Notes under the pieces: generated by a model
What the model saw: the letters and a program-made list of their open reading frames with translations, nothing else
Told to the model about the DNA's origin: nothing
Databases searched by the model: none
Shown: positions 37,599 through 49,020 of the stretch, one piece after another
Layout: each line of letters opens with the position of its first letter
Numbering within the stretch: the first letter of the stretch is position 1
Program-made: the position numbers and the translations under genes
From: Adineta vaga
Taxonomy: Eukaryota > Animalia > Rotifera
Reading direction: 5' to 3'
Assembly: GCA_021613535.1 (NCBI GenBank)
Contig: CP075492.1
Location: 16,244,001-16,308,000, forward strand
DNA: 64,000 nucleotides

Positions 37599-39884
37599 AA
37601 CTTCACTGTTTAAATTTATTCGTCTTAACTTTAACTTAACGAACGTATTTGAAACTGTAAAAATGACACGAACTTTTGTTAGTAACTTTTTTTACTTTCG
37701 CTTTCTTTATTGTGACACTCGGAAGTGCTTACAATTAGTGTCTTCATGATTCACAGCTAAACAAGATGCAGTACTTTCATGGATATTCGCGTACATAAAC
37801 AGAGACGATAACATTTTAGTACAATCACAGGGGAAGGTCCCCATGTGTTAAGTTCCTTTTTCGAATCGAACATATGCCATCTTGTAGTATTCAGTGAGTA
37901 TAGTATCTGATATGAAGGGTTCATTCCCATGATACATCTTTTGGAGATACAACGAACTCTTATATCTATTTAAAAGTCGCTATAAGACTCTTTACTAAAT
38001 ACTTATATTTCAAGAATGTGCCAAAACCTTTTATGGTTCTGCATTATTCACAGAAGGTTCAGTCATTTTTCTGCAGAACCTTAAAAACCCATTCGTCTGA
38101 CGAAAGTGAATCGGACTGGTTCTGTGGTACAACTGCAGAACCATAAAGGGTTCTGTATATCGATCCTAAACCATGGACAGGTTTTCATGAGGTTTTGAAA
38201 ACTCAAGAAGGTTCTGTACAGTGAATGAGAACCTTCAAGAGTTCTTTCTATTAAATCTTGAACCTTAAAAAATTCTATCGTATTTATTTGGAACCAAAAG
38301 GGTTCTGTTCAAATATACTAAACCGGAAAGGGTTTGGTATGCTATTACTGAACCATACGAATCTTTTTCTTGAACTTTACTAATTATAAAACTTCTGCTC
38401 TAAAATGCACAATCTAAAATAGCTTTGTCAATGAAGTTTGAAATACAATAAGCTTCCACTTTTGAAGACGAAGAAAGTCATGCACTGAAAATATGTACAT
38501 GTATATACATGTATGTTGTGAACAAAACTAACATTTCAATTTTGACTGGACAGAATTGAAATGTTCATTTTGTCCAAATGAATTATTAGTCTAAGTTAAA
38601 ATTCTAATTGTAAGTGGGCAAAATTAAAGTTGTCTTTTTTCTTATGTAAATGAACAGAAAAGATATATTTTTAAATATTTTAAACAAAGAAAAGTCGACA
38701 AGGTATACGTTTTTGAGATTTCTACCAATTTACATCGTCAATCATCGTAAAATTTATGAAGTCGACTAAACAGTAACTTGAAGTGAAGATTTTTGTATGT
38801 GACAACTGCAGGAAATCTTCAACTTTGATCTCAGTTTTTGAAGGATATTGACGAAGAAAGAACGTGCCATGGCGATCCTACGCTCGTCCCTACCTTCCGA
38901 AAAATTCACTGGTCACAAAAAGTATCAAACGATACATTTCTTCAGAAAAAATTCAACTATTCTGAAAAGCTTTTAGGATCATTAATACCGTCTAATGTTA
39001 ATCTAAAGACTTATGCGTCGGCTGCTATTTTCATTTCTTCCATGTTTTATCACTTTTCTGTTCGTTTTCATAAGAAAAAAGACAACCTTAATTTTTCCCA
39101 CGATAGAAACGTTCGTTCGTTCAAGCCAACCACAATTTAACAGGCTTCTCTACTCTTACATTTTAACAAAACATCGACACGACTTAGTAGGTTTAAGTTG
39201 TGAATAAAGATCTTAGATATGAAATGAACGACTTAATGTTTTGCACTGACAGTTCTGAGAATCCAATATCAACTTATACTCCAAGACACTTTTCATTCAT
39301 TCAAATTTGAGGCAAGTTTTTCTGTTATCACTCACATGAAGCAAAATCATGTACAGACCATCGACAAGTTAGCAGAAAATGTCTTTACTATAGCTCAAAC
39401 TAACTTACGTGTCATGTCGACCAGTTTGGGTCCACGAATGGTTGCCAAATAAACTAAAGAACTCTTCAAAGTCCTCATTTCGCCGAGCTCAACCTTTTCA
39501 AAATATTCTTTGCAAATGGAATGAGCTTTTTCAATGGCTCCTCTACTCGATTATGTAGAGATATCACTCAGTCCTTAACCGATAGCCTCGTAGAAATATC
39601 GGTATACCCTTGAGCATGGAAGATGTCTTTGTATAATAAAACTCGCAGAGTTAAACATACCTTTATAATATGGCACCTGAGGTCGTATGGTATCCGTATG
39701 ATGAAACATACACATGTCCGAGCCTTTCAGAAGCTATCAAGACATATACTCAGTATGGCTTGTAGAATCTCATTTTCTATGTGCACACTGGTCGAAACTA
39801 AACATCTATTCCTGATAGCAGCAGATTTTGAGAAAGTCACATTTTATGCGACGATGTTTCTGTTATTGTATTTAAAATGAAAAG

Positions 39885-40260
39885 CTAAATATTGTGTTCT
39901 TATTTAGATTCATATCGATATGTGAGTAAAGATGAGTTATTCTCACAGTACTATGTTAAATATCTATTATTATTATTTAGGGCCACGTCAATATCTAATT
40001 AAAAGTAAGTGATATTTGAGATATGAAATTAAATATTCATGGTTATTATTTAGGTTCATATCGATATTTGAGTAAAGGTGAGTTGTATTTGAAATATAAA
40101 ATTAAATATTGTTTATTATCGTTTAGGTTCATATTCAAAATTTGATTAAAGATGAATATTTTTCAAAATAACATATCAAATATTTATTGTTGTTATTTGG
40201 GATCATATCGATGTGTAATTGAGAGTGAGTGCTAAGTGAGATATATGAAATAAAAAGAAA
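39885..40260 (+). repeat. Degenerate ~70-80-bp AT-rich tandem repeat (about 5 units)
   Basis: Recurrent TTATTTAGGTTCATATCGATAT-TGAGTAAAG-TGAGT core. Confidence 0.65.
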
Positions 40261-40288
40261 ATTATTTTCTTTTTTTTCTTTTATTTTA

Positions 40289-40498
40289 TTTGGAAACGTA
40301 TTCAAGTGCTTGCAAGTGCGTCTGTTCATGTCAAGGTTTCCAACACAGTGAGAAAGTGAATTAAGTTAGAGTTGAATTAGGCCAATTGGAAGCAATCAGA
40401 AGACAGAATTTGACTGCAACTTAACTCAATTTTTCCGTCTGTTTGAGATCTTAACATAAAACAGACGCAGTTGCAAACACTAGAATACGTTTCTAAAT
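40289..40498. mobile_element. ~210-bp fold-back MITE
   Basis: Arms of ~90 bp: TTTGGAAACGTATTCAAGTGCTTGCAAGTGCGTCTGTT... pairs with ...AACAGACGCAGTTGCAAACACTAGAATACGTTTCTAAA. Confidence 0.75.
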
Positions 40499-41060
40499 CA
40501 ACCTAAATATAACAACAAAATAGGTTTGTGAAAAACCATTTAAAACACCTTTTATGTCAGACTGAACCTTTTTTTGGTATAGAATCATGAAGAGTTCTGT
40601 TGTTTTTTGACAGAATCCTCTTTGAGCCAGAACCTTCTTGAGGATTCTGAATTTTACCAGCGGGCCGAACCCCTAAAAAGGTTCTGGAAAACTCTTTTTT
40701 TATTTTCAGAGTAGTAGACATTTATGAAACTTCGTATTAGTATTTTAATAGGAAACACATGTCACTGTTACAATAGCTTAAAGCGATGAATAAAAGTAAT
40801 CAGAATAAAAAATTAGAGTTCCGTTGTGGAAGATTTTTGACGACCCTAAGTAGTTGTTGTAGTTGATGTGGAATTTGAAGTAGTAGTTGGTTCTAATTTT
40901 TAACAAAGAAACAATGACTAGAGCAAATAGTACAAGCAATCGAACATATTTTATGATTAGACTCAAACTTCTAGAGATCAAAATCAGTTATAATAGATTT
41001 AGTTATATTCATAGAGCTGTTCAACCTATAGATGATTGTTCATCAAAGGGGAAAAAGCAG

Positions 41061-41320
41061 ACTTCTGTACTTCTCCGTACTTCTCTGTACTTCACTGTAC
41101 TTCTCTGGACTTCCTTGGACTTCCTAACACTTATACCGGCATACATTAAAAGTTTCATCCCAGAAAACAGAAGAAAACTGACCTGTCACTGGAACTATTA
41201 AAACTTTTATTCCCAATAACAGAACAAAAGTGTTCTGTTATTGGGATAAAATGACGAAGATAAAATGTACTTCTTTTGTACTTCTGTGTACTTCCTTGTA
41301 CTTCCTTGTACTTCTGAAGT
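41061..41320 (+). repeat. Two blocks of 10-bp GTACTT repeats flanking a perfect hairpin
   Basis: (nnnnGTACTT)n at 41061-41123 and 41267-41315; 15-bp stem CCCAATAACAGAACA-aaag-TGTTCTGTTATTGGG at 41212-41245. Confidence 0.7.
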
Positions 41321-41953
41321 ATGAAGTCCTGCTTTTCCCCCTTGTTGTTCATGGTACAAAGTACGCGATGTATGTGTTATTTTGTCTGAACGGATCATCA
41401 CTTACATCGAGTACGACTTGAGCTATTAGGCGGTCTCACAGATATTATCGAAACACAAATGCTATCTTTTTTTGTTTGAAGTTTCAGAAGACGAAAGAAT
41501 TGAGTGTTAACGCCATCCATTTCAAAGAAACCGATACACCGACGGTTGAGCCTGCGACAATAGAGCCCCTACAGTTGAGTCTCGTAGGAGAAATGAATTA
41601 GAAAGTTAAAAAATTTATTTTATATAAATATCAAAAATCGAAGAGAGCTCTAACTCATTTGAAATAAATATTTCTCGGTATAACATGAAATGATGGGGCT
41701 AGAATTTGTAATCTGTCATCAATAAGTTCATATTTCACTCTTTTCTTGTGTTTTATTGTTTTCTCAAAGCAGGTGAACAATAATGACGATCAAATGAAGA
41801 TAAGGATTGTTGAAAAAGATTCAACAGTTTTCTCGCCTTATGACTTTTCATTGATCCATTAAAGAAGATATATTTAACACATTCGAGGCGATTCAGTTTT
41901 CGTACAGAAATTGATCGAGATACCTGTTTCCTCATAGAATGTACTTTTAGTAA

Positions 41954-43609
41954 ATGAACTTATTGACCTTTTCTTCCTATTCTGTCGATTTTCTTGAATA
42001 TTTTACATGTCGTCAGAAGAAAGTAGTACAAGAAGATAGTATTGACTCACTTAGTGAAGCGAGTTCTTTGACTGATGATTTCGTTAGAATGCACTTCGAA
42101 TCTACAAGTTCTGATGGAGAAATCACTGATGATAAGGTGGATTCAAACATCTGGAGAGAAATAGAATCAGAATCTGATGATGAATTTTTGGAAGATCATG
42201 GAATCGTTCAACACGTAACGTCAGCTTCTGAAGATGGTACAATCAATCCTATCGATTGCTATCGACATTTCATCACTGATGAAGTTATAAGTCTCATGGT
42301 ACGCGAAACTAATAGATATGCTGAACAATATTTACTAAAACATAAACCTAGCAAACGATCGAAAAATCTTCAATGGAAATCAACTACTAACGAAGAAATG
42401 CTGAAATTCTTGGGAATAGTCATCGAGATGGGTTTAGTGCAAATGCCAAAAGTAGACTATTACTGGAGCAAAAGTCAATTGTATGGATCAAAGATTATTC
42501 AAAACACAATGTCGAGAGACAAATTTGAATTGCTCCTCAAGTTTTTACATTTTTCGAACAATGCTGAACAGGATGCGAGTCAAGATAGACTAGCAAAGTT
42601 GAATCCACTTTTGTACTTATTGAAAGCTAGATTCAAGTCGGTTTATATACCTGGCTCCGTCATTACCATTGATGAAACAATGGTACCCTGGCGAGGCCGA
42701 CTCTCCTTTAGGCAGTACGTTCCAGGCAAAGCTCACAAATATGGGGTTAAAATGTACAAAATAGCAGATACGAATGGATATACTTGGGATTTTATAATTT
42801 ATACAGGCAAACAGAATCTACCGACTAATCTTGGACATTCTCAAACAGTCACCATGCAGTTATTAGATGATCTTTTGAGATGTTATCGAGCTGTAGCAGC
42901 TGACAACTTTTTTACAAGTATTACTCTTAGCAAACAATTGCTGGAAAATGATATCTACCTCATTGGAACATTGAGAAGTAATCGCGCTGGTTCTCGAAAT
43001 GAAGTTGTTCAGAAACAGCTCAAGAAAGGTGAAACTTATGGACTGCAGAATGGCGATGGTATTAAGTTGATCAAATGGAAAGATAAAAGAGAAGTTTTGA
43101 TGATATCTACCAAGCCCTCTCATACAGCTTCGCTCGTGGACATCAGAAAAACTACGTCACCTAACAAACGGATTATGAAACCAAAAGTTGTAGTCGATTA
43201 CAATAAAGGAAGACAAGGTATAGATTTGTCGGATCAACTATCGGCGTACTACACATGTCTAAGACGATCGATAAAATTGTATCAAAAGGTGGCATTTGAG
43301 TTGATATTTAGAACATCAATAGTGAATAGTTATTTGATATACAAAGAAAACTATGCAATGGATGACATAATCATCCTACAGTTCCGTGAGAGTGTCGTAC
43401 GATCTTTACTCCTTGGTGTATCTACTGAGAATCAGAAACCTGGTCCGAGACAACAATCGACAAGTCATTTGAAGCGCAAACTAGCTGATCATAGCCTAGA
43501 GGAAATGAAGGATATGCGCGCAATGTCCGAAGACGCTGCACTGGGTGTTATGAAGAAGGAAGGAAACAACAATCAGGAGAAGCGAGCTATGCAGCAGGAA
43601 AGAAAGTAA
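41954..43609 (+). CDS. piggyBac transposase (PGBD4-like); C-terminal Cys-rich domain frameshifted and interrupted
   Basis: DDD triad contexts IDETM, ADNFF and IDLSDQ, plus KAHKYGVK. RRRCTGC...FCSEC continues in another frame after ~43510. Confidence 0.9.
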   Translation: MNLLTFSSYSVDFLEYFTCRQKKVVQEDSIDSLSEASSLTDDFVRMHFESTSSDGEITDDKVDSNIWREIESESDDEFLEDHGIVQHVTSASEDGTINPIDCYRHFITDEVISLMVRETNRYAEQYLLKHKPSKRSKNLQWKSTTNEEMLKFLGIVIEMGLVQMPKVDYYWSKSQLYGSKIIQNTMSRDKFELLLKFLHFSNNAEQDASQDRLAKLNPLLYLLKARFKSVYIPGSVITIDETMVPWRGRLSFRQYVPGKAHKYGVKMYKIADTNGYTWDFIIYTGKQNLPTNLGHSQTVTMQLLDDLLRCYRAVAADNFFTSITLSKQLLENDIYLIGTLRSNRAGSRNEVVQKQLKKGETYGLQNGDGIKLIKWKDKREVLMISTKPSHTASLVDIRKTTSPNKRIMKPKVVVDYNKGRQGIDLSDQLSAYYTCLRRSIKLYQKVAFELIFRTSIVNSYLIYKENYAMDDIIILQFRESVVRSLLLGVSTENQKPGPRQQSTSHLKRKLADHSLEEMKDMRAMSEDAALGVMKKEGNNNQEKRAMQQERK

Positions 43610-43651
43610 AAACGTTTTGTTCTGAATGTGATAATTTTTTTGTATTGAATG

Positions 43652-43722
43652 CAGGGGTGCTGGATTAGTATTAGCATTGCATTAAATACTGCCAAAATGT
43701 TAATGTTAAGCCAGCACCTCTG
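43652..43722. mobile_element. 71-bp hAT-type MITE inserted in the piggyBac
   Basis: 8-bp TSD ATTGAATG (43644-43651 / 43723-43730); TIR CAGGGGTGCTGG / CCAGCACCTCTG. Confidence 0.9.
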
Positions 43723-44039
43723 ATTGAATGTTTTAACAAGAAGCATTATGTTAAGTGATAAAATGCTTAACCTTTTGCCGAAGAAAAACGCAAAAAAAGT
43801 ATTTTTCTCTACAGTTTCTTCTTAAAATATAGCGTGGCCCACCGGTGGGCCACATTGCCTCGAATGTGTTAAACGAACTCCTGGACTAATAAGATGTCGC
43901 ATGTATCCACATTTTCCCCACAGAAACATTAACTTATCTAATTTTGGTTGTTCTAACTTTTCAATTTATTTCTATGAGGCTCATTTGCCAGGGCTCAATT
44001 GTTGCAAGCTTAAGTGTCGTGTTAACTCGATGAACAGTG

Positions 44040-44797
44040 TTGAGGGTGTGGGTGTGGGTGTGAGGGTGTGGGTGTGGGTGTGGGTGGGTGTGGGTGGGTG
44101 AGGGTGTGGGTGTGGGTGTGGGTGAGGGTGAGGGTGTGGGTGAGGGTGGGTGAGGGTGTGGGTGTGGGTGTGGGTGTGGGTGGGTGTGGGTGTGGGGTGG
44201 GGGTGTGGGTGTGGGGTGTGGGTGGGTGTGGGTGTGGGTGTGGGGGTGGGTGGGTGTGGGTGTGGGTGTGTGGGGTGTGGGTGTGGGTGTGGGTGGATGT
44301 GGGTGTGGGTGTGAGTGTGGCTGCTGGGGTGTGGGTGGGTGTGGGTGGGTGTGGGTGTGGGTGTGGGTGTGGGTGTGGGTGGGTGTGGGTGAGGGTGAGG
44401 GTGTGGATGTGGGTGTGGGTGTGGGTGGGTGTGGGTGAGGGTGAGGGTGTGGATGTGGGTGTGGGTGGGTGTGGGTGTGAGTGTGGCTGCGTGCGGGTGT
44501 GTGTGGTGGGTGTGGGTGGGGTGTGGGTGAGGGTGAGGGTGTGGGTGTGGGTGTGGGTGGGTGTGGGTGAGGGTGAGGGTGTGGGGGTGTGGGTGTGGGT
44601 GGGTGGGGTGGGTGTGAGTGTGGCTGCGTGCGGGTGTGGGTGTCTGGTCTTCAACAACGCCTATATCAACAGCCACACCCACACCCATCCACACCCACAC
44701 CCACACCCACACCAAGCCACACCCACCCACACCCACCCACACCCGCACGCAGCCACACTCACACCCACACCCACACCCACACCCACACCCTCAAGAT
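44040..44797. repeat. Interstitial telomere-type array in inverted arrangement: (TGTGGG/TGAGGG)n, spacer, (CCCACA)n
   Basis: G-rich arm 44040-44642, ~30-bp spacer, C-rich arm 44672-44797 ending CCCTCAAGAT. TGTGGG and TGAGGG are reported bdelloid telomeric hexamers. Confidence 0.9.
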
Positions 44798-45353
44798 GGG
44801 GGTGGGGTGTAGGGGGCAACACGGAAGTGTGGGTGTGGGTGTAGCGGGTGACCAAACAATCGAATAGTTTTCACGCGATCTCCGCTACTTAACTTTTCAC
44901 AAATTTATGAGTTTAAAAGTTGAATAGTTGAAAACTCGAATACTCGATTTATATATTTATAAGTTGAATAGTTGAAGAGGAAGTTGAATACTCGAATCGA
45001 GTTAACGATTTCTACACTACTCAAAAGTTTCGTTAATTTTAAAAGCATTTTTTGTCTTATTTATGTTGTCGAAATATTGAATTATTTCTCGATGTATAGG
45101 GCAACTATTTATCGTCGATCAAATCTGATTTTCTCTATCACCGTGATAGAGATATTATCAATTCAATTATTGGTGGAATTTCGTTCAATAAAACGTAGCA
45201 AAATGAGTTTTCAATTCTACTGTGACAGACGATTTCTTTGACAGTATGCTAGCTACTCCACTCAGCTACATACGTAGTTTTCCGATATACTTCCAGTCAC
45301 TGGTTCCGACCAAATCTATGTTCATCTAACATGAAGGAATCCGATCAACGGAA

Positions 45354-45470
45354 ATCTTGGGTGTGGGTGTTGGTGGGTGTGGGTGTGGGTGTGGGTGGGT
45401 GTGGTTGTGGGTGGGTGGGTGTGGGTGTAGATGAGAGTATATAATACGCACACCCACACCCACACCCTTA
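45354..45470. repeat. Telomere-hexamer fold-back element (left arm expanded)
   Basis: ATCTTGGGTGTGGG(TGTGGG)n...CACACCCACACCCACACCCTTA. Confidence 0.85.
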
Positions 45471-45700
45471 TTCCATTAACAAATACAATACCTTTTATTT
45501 GTAAAACACGTTTCTATATTGGACAAGTTTGTATATATACAACATTATATACAACATGTTTAGCAACAATTGATCAATATTGTCTTACAAATCGATCAGC
45601 ACAAATTCGTCAATTAAGTCGATTATCATTAGCAAAAAAATTTTTATATCCTTTACTTATTCTTTGGATTTTAATAAATATTCCAGAATTATTTCTTTAA
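45471..45700 (+). pseudogene. Internal fragment (TM3-TM4) of a rhodopsin-like GPCR
   Basis: PFICKTRFYIGQV...CLATIDQYCLT matches LYCKFRLFFVQL...CFATIDQFLVT of the 58551 GPCR; both ends are missing. Confidence 0.75.
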
Positions 45701-46044
45701 TAAATCTGAAAGTCGGTAAGATTTTTATTTTTTGAATTGAAAGTAACCGATAGATTGATAGATGGTAATAATAATAAAATTGATTCATTTTCGAGCAGAT
45801 CTTCTTCAAATAAATGTTGATTATTAGATTCTTGTAATAATTGTTTAAGTTTTTCTTTTTCAGTGATCACTTCTACTAATTCATTATTAGGAGTATTGAT
45901 AGTCAATTTGATTCAATTCTCTTGAACATCTTTTCTCATTATGGATCTTGTTTTACATCGGTTACATTTTATGCTTTTATCAGATGTTTCAATTTCTTTA
46001 GAATAACATTTGGGACAGATCAACTTTTCTTCTACTAATCCCAT
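45697..46044 (-). pseudogene. Zinc-ribbon fragment resembling the RPA70 C-terminal OB domain
   Basis: Minus frame reads [12 protein letters not shown]-x13-CNRCKTRS...EN*IKLTINTP... with one stop at 45913-45915. Confidence 0.45.
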
Positions 46045-46172
46045 CTTGAGGGTGTGGGTGTGGATCACGGTATACTCTCAACTCACACCGAGACCCTCAC
46101 CCACACCCACACCCACACCCACACCCACACCCACACCCACACCCACACCCACACCCACACCCACACCCACCC
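46043..46172. repeat. Telomere-hexamer fold-back element (right arm expanded)
   Basis: ATCTTGAGGGTGTGGGTGTGG...(CCCACA)~12. Confidence 0.85.
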
Positions 46173-46193
46173 TTTTTTTCTTTCTACATCACT

Positions 46194-47824
46194 ATGTCAC
46201 AATCAACATCATTTATGAAACTTCCCAATGAAATTGTTTATCATATCTTTGATTTTTTAAACTCATTCGATATTCTTCTATCATTTGCACATCTTAATTA
46301 TCATTATGATAATCTCATTAAATCATATATAAAAAGTCTTGATTTAACAAAGGGTTGGACTGGAAATCAACAAGATTTGCAATGGCTTTGTTCAACAGTT
46401 CAAATACTTAAAATTGATCGATTTTATTTTTATTTATTAGATAATTGTTCATTTCTACAACTTCAATCATTATTAAACATTGGTGATATATCTGAATATG
46501 ATGAATGGATATCCAAAATGAATTTAAAAAGTCTTACCATATGGTCTGACGACAGTTCACCTTATCATGATACTAACATAGTAATTTCTGAATCAGTAGT
46601 TCGCTTCTCTACAAATCTTCGAATCAATCTTCCTGTTGTATACATAAATCTTATTGATTTGAATATAATAATAAAATCTCAAAAAGATCTTCTAAAATTG
46701 TTCAAACAACATCACTTATTCAACATTTATCGGTTACTTTCTCTGAAGGTTTTCACGAAAGTTATTCTATGAAAAATGATGATATTCAGATTGACAACTT
46801 AGAACCATTAAATAAATTAAATTCGTTTTCTCTTTCTGCAAAATATGGCAAAGGGATGGAGAAAAATATAGATTTACCATTTAATGATATTGAATTTTTT
46901 ATTGATAATTATTGTTTAAATAAGAATATTCTTAAAAGAATTACTTTACAATTGAATTTTATTACATTCGATGAACATTTTTGGTCAGCCATTGAACGAT
47001 ATAAAAATATGTATGATCATTTTGATTTCTATGGTATATTTCAAGATGAAAACGAAATTACTGAAAACATATTAAATGATACACATTTTGTTTATCATAT
47101 CGAAAGAAGAAAAATATATTATACTCTTAATAATATTCATATTTATTCATTACCATTTCGTATTAATAAATTATATGGTTTTAAATCATGTTCAGAACTT
47201 AATTTCTCTGTTTCTTCTTCAAGTGTTCGTCGTCTATATTTCAGTGGAACATATGAAATATCATTTGAATCATTAATAAAACGTATGTCAAATCTTACTT
47301 CAATCAATTGTTATGTTGGTACTAACGACTGTTGCGACCGGAATGTAAAAGAAATTTTTGTTGATAAAGATATTTTTTATCATGTTCGTTCTCTTTATTT
47401 TAAAATGGGTTGTGATAGTGATACATGTCGTTGTCGAAAAATTCTTGATTGTCTACTTCATCAAATGCCATATTTAGAATGTTTAAATACTTCCGAAATG
47501 GAATTTCTTTATGGAAATCGTTCATTACCACCTATTAAACAACTTATTCGACAATATTGCGACTTGAAATTAGTTGATCTATTAGTAAAACGTTTGCCAT
47601 ATTTAATAACAATCTCCCTTTATTTCTTAAGTATAGATCCACCTACAATATCGAGCGCTGTTGCTCCTTTGTTCATGAATCTTCCACTGTTTAAATCAAT
47701 TTTCTTTGGTTTTGGTGGTGAATGGCGCGGAAATGACATAGAATCTCATAGACAATATATTGAAAAAGCATTAAAACTTATACAAAATATGGATAATTCT
47801 CTTTCTAATGTCCAACTTAGCTGA
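46194..47824 (+). CDS. F-box-like / LRR-like protein with one frameshift (~46705)
   Basis: [16 protein letters not shown] start; ORFs 46194-46772 and 46769-47824 join across a 1-nt shift; HIYSLPF motif. Confidence 0.75.
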
Positions 47825-48289
47825 GAGAATAAAAAAGCCGTATTTTATCGTCAATGACAATACAACAATTAGAAAAGCCATTTTCTTTAAAGATTTAGTT
47901 TTCATATTATAATAAATAAAAATATTATTTCAAAATAACGTACATTAGATCTTGTAATATCTTTGTCAAAGTTAGGTATGACCCATGTCACCTCTTTTTT
48001 AAGTACTGCATCGCAATTGCGCGCATTGGACTTTTTGCGGCGCAACTGCGCGTAATTGCTTCGCAGTCTGCGCAATCAGAGATATATAAATAATACTGCG
48101 GTAACTGCGACGCAGTTGCGACACAATTACCGCATTCCCCTAGCTTATCTATCGAATGATTTCAAACAGTAACGATTATTCTCGTTAATGGGGTACAAAA
48201 GGAGATGTAACAGCCATTTGAGCTCATTTTTTCAATTTTTAACTACCTTATCACTTAGTGTTTCAGCTGCCACTTTTGAAAGGTAAGTG

Positions 48290-49020
48290 GTACTAAACGT
48301 ATATATGAGTCATCAGTCAGATGAGTCACCTGCCCGATGAGTCATTTTTTTGTTGACCAATCAGATTTCAAATGCTGCTTTTTGCTCGTAAATAGATTTA
48401 AGATGCTACTTTTTCAAGTAATGAGTGATGGGTGATAAGCAGGTGGATGTTCCTGATAAGCTATCTGGAAGATGAGTCACACTTCCGACCAATCAGATCT
48501 GAGATGCTGTTTTCTCTCGCCAATAAGGTTCGAGATGCTGCTTTTTCCAGTGATGGGTGTTAGGCAGGTACCCAGGTCGACAAAACCGATATTGGATCCG
48601 ATCGGACCCTATAGGATCCAACGTTCCTACAAAATCCTATCGGAATCCTGGTGATGAATCTCTATTGGATTCCGTCTGTAAAATTTCCGTCGGAAGCTGC
48701 AAATTGTATGATCGTTCTTTTTAGCTATATTTTATTACGGTCTTATGGCCACCTGTCCGATCCGTCGAAAAACGTTTTTTGGAAACTATAGGATCCTATG
48801 TTGGATCCGATAGGATCCGCAACCGACAGAATCCGAAGTGATTCCGTCACCAGGAATCCGATAGGATATTGTCGGATCATCGGATTCCGATAGAATCCGG
48901 CATGGGATCCGATCGGATCCGAGTATCGGATTGATCGATCTGGGTAGGTATTGCTGATGAGTCATAGCTGGGTGATAAGTTGGTGGGTGTCGTTGGTGAG
49001 GCCGGGTGGGTCTAGGTATC
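48290..49020 (+). repeat. Repeat-rich host element (GATGAGTCA, ACCAATCAGAT, GATGCTGCTTTT, GGGTGATAAG motifs)
   Basis: Motifs recur 3-5 times and continue on both sides of the 48571-48944 insertion. Confidence 0.55.
48571..48944. mobile_element. 374-bp non-autonomous DNA transposon (CCC...GGG ends, TA flanks; EnSpm/CMC-like)
   Basis: TIR CCCAGGTCGACAAAACCGATA / TATCGGATTGATCGATCTGGG; dense GGATCC and ATCGGA subterminal motifs; TA on both sides. Confidence 0.8.

Larger units (their letters stand above)
37990..40712. mobile_element. Degenerate non-autonomous DNA transposon, CACTA/EnSpm-like (boundaries approximate)
   Basis: Clusters of GAACC/GGTTC inverted subterminal motifs at 38020-38360 and 40520-40695; right end ...TTTTCAGAGT. 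No clear left TIR or transposase found. Confidence 0.4.
41878..43868 (+). mobile_element. piggyBac transposon, 1991 bp
   Basis: TTAA TSDs (41874-41877, 43869-43872); perfect 12-bp TIR CACATTCGAGGC; 20-bp subterminal palindrome GTGGCCCACCGGTGGGCCAC (43834-43853). Confidence 0.95.

Noticed and set aside
38838-39880. Short ORFs inside the putative CACTA-like element
   Set aside because: No transposase motifs identifiable.
44040-44797. Simple ancient telomere-telomere fusion or Athena/Terminon end
   Set aside because: The arms share a non-telomeric marker and the family terminus, and no Penelope-like RT is present in the window.
43901-44867. ORFs rich in HP/TP/VW/CG on both strands
   Set aside because: Translations of the stop-free hexamer array; not genes.
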